A stretch of DNA of 64,000 nt from a virus. Its lineage: Duplodnaviria; Heunggongvirae; Uroviricota; Caudoviricetes; Schitoviridae. The notes under the pieces were generated by a model. That model was not told the origin of the DNA, did not search any database, and was given only the letters and a program-made list of their open reading frames with translations. Where the stretch lies: positions 14,146 to 78,145 of IMG/VR virus record IMGVR_UViG_2974642717_000001; one strand, given 5' to 3'. The translations under genes were made by a program, and so were the position numbers. Below are positions 56,965 through 63,439 of the stretch, piece after piece (within the stretch, counting starts at the first letter, position 1; each line of letters starts with the position of its first letter).

Positions 56965-57225
56965 TTAGTTCTCCAGTACTGAGAGCAGTAGTAGCTCTTC
57001 TAAGGTTTCTGCCTCAAACATTAAGGCTTTTGGTTCATGCAGGTTCTTTATACGTGCATGCTCTACACCAAATGGATCATCCTTAAATGTGATCCGTTTA
57101 TTTTGAACATGTTCTACAGCTTCCACAGGAGAGTTTGCCCACGAATAGGCATCTTCTCTCGTGTTAACTGCGTACACATCTCCATTGGTACGCAATTGCC
57201 ACATATTAGTCTTCCAATAGTTCAT
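56965..57225 (-). CDS. early-region small protein (start revised to ATG at 57225, 86 aa)
   Basis: ATG at 57225 (MNYWKTNMWQL...); the track start at 57354 overlaps the upstream gene by 149 nt. Confidence 0.35.
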   Translation of the reverse strand: MNYWKTNMWQLRTNGDVYAVNTREDAYSWANSPVEAVEHVQNKRITFKDDPFGVEHARIKNLHEPKALMFEAETLEELLLLSVLEN

Positions 57226-57472
57226 ATGTTTTAAGTAGGTTGACCAAGTCAGTCTTGGCCATATCATCCTCGAATGGACAAGCATCACAATTGATGCCTG
57301 TACATGCAGTAGACTCGCACAAGTCTTTGCGCCTAGTCTGTTCAAGGACTGCAATGAGCCCTTTGAGTCTAGAATCCATCAACCACCTCTTTGTTATGTA
57401 GTTCAACGATGCTCTTACGGAACACATCGCCTTGAGTGTTAGCATGGTAGCCAGATGCATACTTACGACCAC
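57206..57472 (-). CDS. early-region small Cys-rich protein, 88 aa
   Basis: 'CESTACTGINCDACPFE'; ends ...YELLED. Confidence 0.4.
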   Translation of the reverse strand: MVVSMHLATMLTLKAMCSVRASLNYITKRWLMDSRLKGLIAVLEQTRRKDLCESTACTGINCDACPFEDDMAKTDLVNLLKTYELLED

Positions 57473-58301
57473 GCTTATCAGGCTTGTGAGTCAAGTAGAA
57501 GCGGTTACCATTCTTAACCAAGTAAGCATACACATCAGCTGAGTCACGCATGAACTTGTCATACTGCTCTTTACGCTTAGGGTCACGCTTAAGCTCAACC
57601 TGTAGTTTCTTAGGGATCAACAGTGAATCAGTGATACCTTTCAACATCTCAATACTCAAGCTCATGGCTACACCATTAGCAATGTTAAGAGTATCAAGAC
57701 AGATATCACCATCATGATGATTAAACTTACCTAAGATCAATGACTTATCTTCACCAGTAAGCAATGGGTTGCTACGGTTATGAGTCAAGTGAGCAGGCTT
57801 ACACACCATTGGTGGTAAGAACATAGCACGTTGCATCAACTGAGCTGTTGTATCACTCACTTCCCAAGGGTTAGTGATGTAGTAATACTCTTCAGTGATC
57901 ATCTGACCAGTCTCTTCATCCTCATCATCGTACGACACGTACTCGATGTCGAATAGATCTGCATCGGCAAGAACCACTAACACACGGTTAGCTAGTTCAA
58001 TAGCATCAGCCTTATCATCACGCTCAAACAAGTGTGACAACTGACCAGCTAACGCACTGATCAACTCACGTCGCTCATCCAATGCCATTACTAACAACAT
58101 AGCCTCATGTACTACTAGACTTGGTTCATCACCTAAGTCAATATCATGCTGAGCACTCCAACGATACAGCGCCATAGAAGCCTCAAACATGGCCTCCATT
58201 ACTTCACCGTCACGTGCAATCTCACCCTCTAAACGAGTGCGAATGCCTGCTTTGCTTAACGATAGTTCAGTAGCTGTTTGTACATCAACGATATTAGTCA
58301 T
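57369..58301 (-). CDS. phage RNA polymerase II, N-terminal-type subunit, T7-like (N4 gp15-like)
   Basis: 'FYLTHKPDKRGRKYASGYHANTQGDVFRKSIVELHNKE' aligns with T7 RNAP 'IWFPYNMDWRGRVYAVSMFNPQGNDMTKGLLTLAKGK'. Confidence 0.6.
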   Translation of the reverse strand: MTNIVDVQTATELSLSKAGIRTRLEGEIARDGEVMEAMFEASMALYRWSAQHDIDLGDEPSLVVHEAMLLVMALDERRELISALAGQLSHLFERDDKADAIELANRVLVVLADADLFDIEYVSYDDEDEETGQMITEEYYYITNPWEVSDTTAQLMQRAMFLPPMVCKPAHLTHNRSNPLLTGEDKSLILGKFNHHDGDICLDTLNIANGVAMSLSIEMLKGITDSLLIPKKLQVELKRDPKRKEQYDKFMRDSADVYAYLVKNGNRFYLTHKPDKRGRKYASGYHANTQGDVFRKSIVELHNKEVVDGF

Positions 58302-58303
58302 AA

Positions 58304-58540
58304 CTATTTCTCCATTAAATGAATCATTTTAAGGGTATTTAAATCTTCGTACTCACCAAGTAGTTCTATCGGATATTCAGTATGCATATCCTTAGGGTAC
58401 TTATCCTTCTTCCACACGTAGTGTAGGTCTAGCTCCATGTCACCTATTGAGTACCAACATGCGTAGTTACCTCGGACAACATAGTAAGGGACATTGACAA
58501 TATCACCCTCTTCAGTAACCTCTTTATATATCTTCCACAT
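58304..58540 (-). CDS. early-region small protein (start revised to ATG at 58540)
   Basis: MWKIYKEV... start overlaps the upstream TGA (AAATGATATG); ends ...HLMEK. Confidence 0.4.
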   Translation of the reverse strand: MWKIYKEVTEEGDIVNVPYYVVRGNYACWYSIGDMELDLHYVWKKDKYPKDMHTEYPIELLGEYEDLNTLKMIHLMEK

Positions 58541-58541
58541 A

Positions 58542-58793
58542 TCATTTCTCCAGTAATAACAGTAACTTAATCTCTTCAACAGTATCAGCTTCAGCTTTCA
58601 ACTCATAACGTTGAGTCATATACTTTAGCTCAACTGGATCTTCTACATCAGTTGGGAACATATTCTCTCGATAACACTCATCATCAGTTGCACACCAGTA
58701 TGACCAGTGAGTGATGTAACCATCATCACCCACTTTCAACAACATCCAAGGAGTGAATATATCCTTAGCGTCATAGATCATTACATATCTCAT
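58542..58793 (-). CDS. early-region small protein, 83 aa
   Basis: Ends ...LLLLLEK; CTGGAGAAA supplies the SD for the next gene. Confidence 0.4.
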   Translation of the reverse strand: MRYVMIYDAKDIFTPWMLLKVGDDGYITHWSYWCATDDECYRENMFPTDVEDPVELKYMTQRYELKAEADTVEEIKLLLLLEK

Positions 58794-59044
58794 TACGACT
58801 CCAATAGCTCAATCAGCTTGAGCTGTTCAATTGCTTGATTAACAACGCGTAGATGATCAGCATCATTCAGTATCATGTTGAGTTCAGGGTACTGCTTCTC
58901 ATACGATGAAGGAGTAACTTGATCACCTGAGTCAAAGTTAGTACCAGATACTATGTATGTACCATCACGTGTGATCTCTTTCTTGTTATCCAGATCAATA
59001 AAGTCACGGATACCAATCAACACCATCATTAGTTCTTGGTTCAT
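58793..59044 (-). CDS. early-region small protein, 83 aa
   Basis: ORF; ends ...LIELLES. Confidence 0.4.
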   Translation of the reverse strand: MNQELMMVLIGIRDFIDLDNKKEITRDGTYIVSGTNFDSGDQVTPSSYEKQYPELNMILNDADHLRVVNQAIEQLKLIELLES

Positions 59045-59045
59045 A

Positions 59046-59315
59046 TTAACCTTCCATTAGTTTAGCCATAGGCATGTAGTTCTCAATTAACAACAGACGT
59101 TCAGCCCACATAGGCATACACTTAGCCATTGCCTTACGTGTCTTAACACTCAACAGGTATCTATTACCATCACCCTCTTGCCATGAGTAGTGATTATCAC
59201 GCATCATGAAGCGTTGTATCTGATACTCAAGAGCTCTGCGTTCACACTCAAGCTGATGCACACTCATGTTGTACATCTTCTCAACGAATAGTTTGTTATG
59301 TTGGTTCGGTATCAT
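59046..59315 (-). CDS. early-region small protein, 89 aa
   Basis: ORF; ends ...AKLMEG. Confidence 0.4.
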   Translation of the reverse strand: MIPNQHNKLFVEKMYNMSVHQLECERRALEYQIQRFMMRDNHYSWQEGDGNRYLLSVKTRKAMAKCMPMWAERLLLIENYMPMAKLMEG

Positions 59316-59316
59316 G

Positions 59317-59625
59317 TTAACTCTCCAGTAGCATTATTAGTTTAAGTTCGTCCAAGGTGTTACCCTCGGCTATCAGGTTATAAGCACCTATCTCACGAAT
59401 AGCTTGGTAGTTCTTTACCATAGGTGTCTCCGCGAATGCGTCCTCTACAGTCTCACACCAAATGGTGGGATTACATCTGTAGTGATACTCATCCTCTGGT
59501 TTAGGTAGTCGTTGCACCTCACCCACTGTCCTGAAGTACATATCATCAGCTGGGTCTTGCCATAGTCTATGCATGATAGAACTTCTCATGACATGGCGTA
59601 TCGCCTTGTTTAATAAGAGTGGCAC
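59317..59625 (-). CDS. early-region small protein, 102 aa
   Basis: Ends ...LIMLLES (CTG GAG AGT TAA C ATG: SD embedded in the last codons). Confidence 0.4.
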   Translation of the reverse strand: MPLLLNKAIRHVMRSSIMHRLWQDPADDMYFRTVGEVQRLPKPEDEYHYRCNPTIWCETVEDAFAETPMVKNYQAIREIGAYNLIAEGNTLDELKLIMLLES

Positions 59626-59754
59626 AGTACACCTCGTAAGGGATATTGCCTTGGATACACATTTTAATCATTGCTAAGTGTTGTTCGTTATTCATGGTGG
59701 TTTACCTATCTATTTAAAAAGAGTGGCACACCCTAAGGCATGCCACATATCACG

Positions 59755-60027
59755 TTAAGCGAACTTAACTTCACCTTTGGGTGCATTATCAACCACATGC
59801 ACAGTACCAACGAGTTTGAACTCAACAGCATCAGTACCAGCTTCATCAGCTGCCATTTGAGCATTGATCATCATCTCATGGATATGCTTCTCAAGGTGCA
59901 TAGCCATATCTTTAGGAAGACGATGTTGATTGCCAGCAGCATCTACAACCTCAAGACGCAAGAATGCATCAGCAGGTTTGAAGTTAGAGTTACCAGCAGT
60001 ACGAGGAGTTGAAGTTTTACGAGCCAT
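59755..60027 (-). CDS. early protein, 91 aa from ATG at 60027
   Basis: The ATG at 60027 (MARKTSTPR...) is 49 nt downstream of a hairpin promoter candidate; the track start at 60099 runs through the promoter. Confidence 0.45.
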   Translation of the reverse strand: MARKTSTPRTAGNSNFKPADAFLRLEVVDAAGNQHRLPKDMAMHLEKHIHEMMINAQMAADEAGTDAVEFKLVGTVHVVDNAPKGEVKFA

Positions 60028-60075
60028 AATTGTATACCTATAAATTGAATTGGGGATGCAACAGCGCATCATTTT

Positions 60076-60090
60076 AAGCACGTAGTGCTT
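60076..60090 (-). promoter_or_regulatory. vRNAP hairpin-promoter candidate (AAGCAC-GTA-GTGCTT)
   Basis: 6-bp stem, GTA loop, flanked on the left by ATTTTA; 49 nt from the ATG at 60027. Confidence 0.55.
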
Positions 60091-60188
60091 GGAAACCATC
60101 TATCTTGATAGAGGTAAGTGATTTAATACGTAGGACATGCTCTTGATCTTTGTGTCAAAGAGGAACACTCCGAAGAGTGTTCACATGT

Positions 60189-60704
60189 TTATTTGATACG
60201 AGTAGCTTCTTTGATTGCTTGCTTGAACTCATACTTAACAAGTGAGTATTCGTAGTAAGTCTTGATGTTATCAAGCGTACTGTCACCATCACATAGGATT
60301 CCACCATCACTACCTTGATAGCACTGAAGGTTCTCATCCCATTGATATTTCACTTGGTTCTCGGCATCCACATCCCATTTGAATGAGTACACATCACCAG
60401 CTGCTAGTGAGTTCTCACCAGAGCCTTGAGAGTAGACAACAGTAGTTGAGTCTGAGTACTTAACAGAGTCTATTAGACCTGTTGTTGCACGTATGTCTAA
60501 CGACACTAAGCCATTACATTCATTAACCTCAAATACATATGTACGAGTACCTAGATACTCATGGTACGTATTATTAACTGAGCAATGCTCAACAGGAGTT
60601 ACTACTACATCATCGCTTGGAGTAGAAGGAGTTGAGCTACCACCACCTCCACCACCACAACCAATAAGAGCTAGAGACATTACCATTGCAATTAAATATT
60701 TCAT
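60189..60704 (-). CDS. early lipoprotein with poly-Gly linker (start at ATG 60704)
   Basis: 'MKYLIAMVMSLALIGCGGGGGGSSTPSTP': signal peptide + lipobox LIGC + Gly6; SD AAGGAAG. Confidence 0.5.
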   Translation of the reverse strand: MKYLIAMVMSLALIGCGGGGGGSSTPSTPSDDVVVTPVEHCSVNNTYHEYLGTRTYVFEVNECNGLVSLDIRATTGLIDSVKYSDSTTVVYSQGSGENSLAAGDVYSFKWDVDAENQVKYQWDENLQCYQGSDGGILCDGDSTLDNIKTYYEYSLVKYEFKQAIKEATRIK

Positions 60705-60750
60705 TGTATCTTCCTTTAAAAGAGTTAGGGACAGCACATACCATCCCTTT

Positions 60751-60765
60751 AATCACGTAGTGATT
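60751..60765 (-). promoter_or_regulatory. vRNAP hairpin-promoter candidate (AATCAC-GTA-GTGATT)
   Basis: Identical 15-mer also at 61339-61353; preceded by CTTTA; 47 nt from the ATG at 60704. Confidence 0.55.
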
Positions 60766-60853
60766 GTATTACTTACTAGATTGTTTCTTAGCATCTTCAA
60801 TAGCTTTCTTAAGCTTAAGGAGAGCATCTTTACTATAGTTATTTAACATAGTA

Positions 60854-61105
60854 TTACCTTAATAGTAGTTCTAGTTTAGCTTCAGCAGCTACAGTCTGTA
60901 GGTTAGTACCTTCAGTTACTAGACGAAGATCCCAACGGCTAATAATATCTTCAACATTACGGTCTTCTGAGCGGAAGAACTCTGGATTCTTCTGTAGGGT
61001 AGCATCCACACTTTCATAAGCGTGGATTTTATTCCCATGTTGTAGCCAGATATCATCATCACGGTCTATGTAGATGGAGTACATATTAGTCCTGTAGTGC
61101 TTCAA
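60854..61105 (-). CDS. early-region small protein, 83 aa
   Basis: ORF; ends ...LELLLR. Confidence 0.4.
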   Translation of the reverse strand: MKHYRTNMYSIYIDRDDDIWLQHGNKIHAYESVDATLQKNPEFFRSEDRNVEDIISRWDLRLVTEGTNLQTVAAEAKLELLLR

Positions 61106-61292
61106 GCACAGATTTCTTAGTTAGACCAAACTTACGTGATACAACAGTAAGTTGCTTTTGATTACCTGACTGAGCAGTATCACCACCAACACCATATACA
61201 CTTACAGTGATACCACCATTACGTAGTGCTTGTACACGTACTTCTTGGTTAGCTGAGTTAGTCATGCGGATTACTTTAGGAGAGATAGACAT
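61086..61292 (-). CDS. early-region small protein, 68 aa
   Basis: SD AAGGTAAT; hairpin promoter candidate 47 nt upstream. Confidence 0.45.
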   Translation of the reverse strand: MSISPKVIRMTNSANQEVRVQALRNGGITVSVYGVGGDTAQSGNQKQLTVVSRKFGLTKKSVLEALQD

Positions 61293-61338
61293 AGTTATTA
61301 CCTTTATAGTTTAAGTGAGCACGATTGCTCTATCATTT

Positions 61339-61353
61339 TAATCACGTAGTGAT
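61339..61353 (-). promoter_or_regulatory. vRNAP hairpin-promoter candidate (AATCAC-GTA-GTGATT)
   Basis: Preceded by CATTTTA as at 60751; 47 nt from the ATG at 61292. Confidence 0.55.
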
Positions 61354-61397
61354 TGCCTTTAAAAAACAAATGCACACCCTCTCGGATGTGCAATGTA

Positions 61398-61622
61398 TTA
61401 GTGCTGACGCTTGTTGAATGATGACAGTAGGTTGTTCTCATTCATCACGTCCCAATTGGTAGTACCAAGAGCTTCACTAATGTAGTCAAACTCTTGTTCA
61501 TCGTAGTTACAATCTAACTCACGACTCATACCACTCCCACTGAAATAGCTACTGAACAGGTCTTGCAGTTCAGCGTAGTATTCAGGAGTGATAGACTGAG
61601 GAGCAACAGATAGTAGTGCCAT
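61398..61622 (-). CDS. early-region small protein (start revised to ATG at 61622, 75 aa)
   Basis: SD AAGGTAA precedes the ATG at 61622 (MALLSVAPQ...); the track start at 61733 runs through the promoter hairpin. Confidence 0.4.
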   Translation of the reverse strand: MALLSVAPQSITPEYYAELQDLFSSYFSGSGMSRELDCNYDEQEFDYISEALGTTNWDVMNENNLLSSFNKRQH

Positions 61623-61658
61623 GTTATTTACCTTTAGGTTGATTGGATTGTTCTTCTT

Positions 61659-61673
61659 TAGCACGTAGTGCTC
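61659..61673 (-). promoter_or_regulatory. vRNAP hairpin-promoter candidate (TAGCAC-GTA-GTGCTC)
   Basis: 5-bp stem AGCAC/GTGCT with GTA loop; 37 nt from the ATG at 61622. Confidence 0.45.
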
Positions 61674-61814
61674 GCTCTTCCATCTGTTGACAAGCTTGAT
61701 CATTGACATGCTTGAAGTATGTAGCACCATCAAAGATGATGTGACACATGATACGGAACAGGTTGTAAGGTAGTTTAATCAGTAGCCAGATGTTCATCAG
61801 CATAGGAGTATTCT

Positions 61815-62162
61815 CTATTTAGTTAAGGTCTTGAGGGATTCTGGGGACATATTGTCTAGAAGGAACTGCATTTGTACCCACTGGTTTAGTTCTTCAATGC
61901 TATCGAAGTCACCAATGATATGTATATGCTCATCATCAGTGATATGACCACCATCAACAAACATACGTTGATATGCATCATTAGCTAACTCTTGCTTGCT
62001 ACTAACATGAACACATACGAAGTATGAGCTATTGATAGCAGTTTGAGCTTTTTCAACATTCTCAACTAAACTACCTACCCATTGGAAATGGTCGTATTCA
62101 GTAAGTAATGCTAGGCTTGGTTTACCAACATTAATGTATACAGCGTATAGACGTAGCTTCAT
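61815..62162 (-). CDS. early-region protein, 115 aa
   Basis: ORF downstream of an AT-rich inverted-repeat intergenic region. Confidence 0.45.
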   Translation of the reverse strand: MKLRLYAVYINVGKPSLALLTEYDHFQWVGSLVENVEKAQTAINSSYFVCVHVSSKQELANDAYQRMFVDGGHITDDEHIHIIGDFDSIEELNQWVQMQFLLDNMSPESLKTLTK

Positions 62163-62202
62163 AGTTTATAACCTTAGGGATATTTTGGAGGTTAAACATT
62201 AG

Positions 62203-62234
62203 TATAGATATAGCCATTATTAGCTATATCTATA
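62203..62234. repeat. perfect 12-bp inverted repeat TATAGATATAGC-8 nt-GCTATATCTATA in an AT-rich intergenic region, plus two GTATTAGTATA direct repeats (62235-62245, 62267-62277)
   Basis: Read directly from the sequence; the 127-nt non-coding gap 62163-62289. Confidence 0.7.
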
Positions 62235-62289
62235 GTATTAGTATATAGGTGCAATAGGTAAGAGAAGTATTAGTATACTTCTATAGAAG

Positions 62290-62601
62290 TTACTTGTTCT
62301 TGAAGTAGATGTCTTCATCAACTACACATACTCTATCTATTAGTGCAATGTCTTGTCTCTCAATGCCTTGTGATACAAGGTGTGCAATACATTTAGCATC
62401 TTCTCTATAGTTCTCTAGTTCAGTCATGAATAGCTCATAAGTGTATAGACCTGATGTAATAGCACCTATTACACATAGGATAGTTACTAGAGCAGTGATG
62501 TATTCAATACGAGTAAGGTTTAGTTTAGGCATAGGATATTCCAATGTAGTGTAAGGGTTAAGGATGCAACACAGTTGCAATGAATAGCAGTGATATACCA
62601 C
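62290..62601 (-). CDS. early membrane protein (TM helix ITALVTILCVIGAITSGLY); start GTG 62601 or ATG 62532
   Basis: ORF; hydrophobic helix; start ambiguous. Confidence 0.4.
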   Translation of the reverse strand: MVYHCYSLQLCCILNPYTTLEYPMPKLNLTRIEYITALVTILCVIGAITSGLYTYELFMTELENYREDAKCIAHLVSQGIERQDIALIDRVCVVDEDIYFKNK

Positions 62602-62615
62602 TAATCTACTACCTT

Positions 62616-62630
62616 ACTCACGTAGTGAGT
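62616..62630 (-). promoter_or_regulatory. vRNAP hairpin-promoter candidate (ACTCAC-GTA-GTGAGT)
   Basis: 6-bp stem with GTA loop, between a terminator/(TTGTG)4 repeat and the next gene. Confidence 0.45.
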
Positions 62631-62656
62631 GCTCTTTCCTACCCTATCTGTCTTCT

Positions 62657-62676
62657 TGTGTTGTGTTGTGTTGTGT
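62657..62676. repeat. (TTGTG)x4 tandem pentanucleotide repeat
   Basis: Four perfect tandem copies between the terminator at ~62681-62715 and the promoter hairpin at 62616. Confidence 0.8.
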
Positions 62677-62680
62677 AGAA

Positions 62681-62715
62681 AGAAAAAAGGGTGAAGCAGC
62701 CCTAAGGCTACTTCT
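62681..62715 (-). terminator. intrinsic terminator after gene 62708..62896
   Basis: - strand RNA: GAAGUAGCC-UAG-GGCUGCUUC (9 bp, one G-U) followed by ACCC + UUUUUUCUUU. Confidence 0.55.
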
Positions 62716-62896
62716 CTTCTTTGTCTAGTTCTAGCTCTGATGCGTCTAGGTCTAAGTCTTCTAACGTATCGTTGAGTAGCTTAGTTGAATGTGCTTGACC
62801 AACCTTAGCTAGGTTGTCCATGCCTACCATGGTACGCTCTGCTACTGTGCCGATCATGAATAGTGCACGGAATAGTTGACCGATTGATGCGAACAT
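62708..62896 (-). CDS. early-region small protein, 62 aa
   Basis: First gene downstream of the 62937 hairpin promoter candidate (41 nt spacing). Confidence 0.45.
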   Translation of the reverse strand: MFASIGQLFRALFMIGTVAERTMVGMDNLAKVGQAHSTKLLNDTLEDLDLDASELELDKEEK

Positions 62897-62936
62897 AATG
62901 TTATACCTTTAGTTATTATGACGTAATTGTCATGTT

Positions 62937-62951
62937 AATCCCGTAGGGATT
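62937..62951 (-). promoter_or_regulatory. vRNAP hairpin-promoter candidate, variant stem (AATCCC-GTA-GGGATT)
   Basis: Same C-GTA-G loop and TTAAT left flank but a different stem sequence; 41 nt upstream of the ATG at 62896. Confidence 0.45.
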
Positions 62952-62966
62952 GCTCTTGATCTTATA

Positions 62967-62976
62967 GGGGGGGGGG
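62967..62976. repeat. G10 homopolymer tract
   Basis: TATAGGGGGGGGGGTCTT read directly; intergenic, between a terminator and the first early promoter. Confidence 0.9.
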
Positions 62977-63054
62977 TCTTCTCTTTTAAAAGGATCAAGG
63001 AGTATAGTACTACTCTCGTACCTAATTATTAAAAATTTCAAAATACCTGCGGGT

Positions 63055-63080
63055 ACAAAAAAGCCTCCATTTTCGGAGGC
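63055..63080 (-). terminator. intrinsic terminator after gene 63101..63439
   Basis: - strand: GCCTCC-gaaaat-GGAGGC followed by TTTTTTGT. Confidence 0.7.
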
Positions 63081-63100
63081 TAGTTAGTAAGTAATATTTA

Positions 63101-63439
63101 CTATTCTTCTGTTGGTTCTTCTTTAACCTCTTCCTTTTTCTTTCGTGGTTTACGTTTCTTCTTAACTTCTGTCTCGATAGCTTCTTCTCGCTTATCAATG
63201 ACACCATCTTTGTTTAGGTCTTTGGCTTCATCTACTGATTCAAATAGAGCATGGAATGCCTTTGGATCGTAGTAGTTGATCTTACCAGAGTCAGTCTTTA
63301 CGACTACTTGGCCTAGTGCAGGACGTAGGTGTACTTGTCGTTTACGTAGTGCTGATAGGAACCATACAGGTGCTGCTTCGTTACCTCCGTATACAAATGC
63401 TTCTACTTCTGTTGGTTTAGCACGGTATGTTTTACTCAT
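63101..63439 (-). CDS. hypothetical protein with Lys/Glu-rich C-terminal tail, 112 aa
   Basis: ORF immediately downstream of the ClpP-like gene (ATG/TAA adjacent). Confidence 0.45.
   Translation of the reverse strand: MSKTYRAKPTEVEAFVYGGNEAAPVWFLSALRKRQVHLRPALGQVVVKTDSGKINYYDPKAFHALFESVDEAKDLNKDGVIDKREEAIETEVKKKRKPRKKKEEVKEEPTEE

Noticed and set aside
58424-58437. Extra copy of CACGTAGTG (CCACACGTAGTGTAGG) inside CDS 58304..58579
   Set aside because: It encodes H-Y-V-W in frame and has only a 4-bp stem. It could be an internal promoter but lacks the intergenic context and flanking TTTAA of the other seven.
55424-62951. CRISPR array interpretation of the repeated 15-bp palindromes
   Set aside because: Only 7 copies, separated by 0.3-5 kb of protein-coding sequence. 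Each copy is individually palindromic with variable stems, and no cas genes are present.
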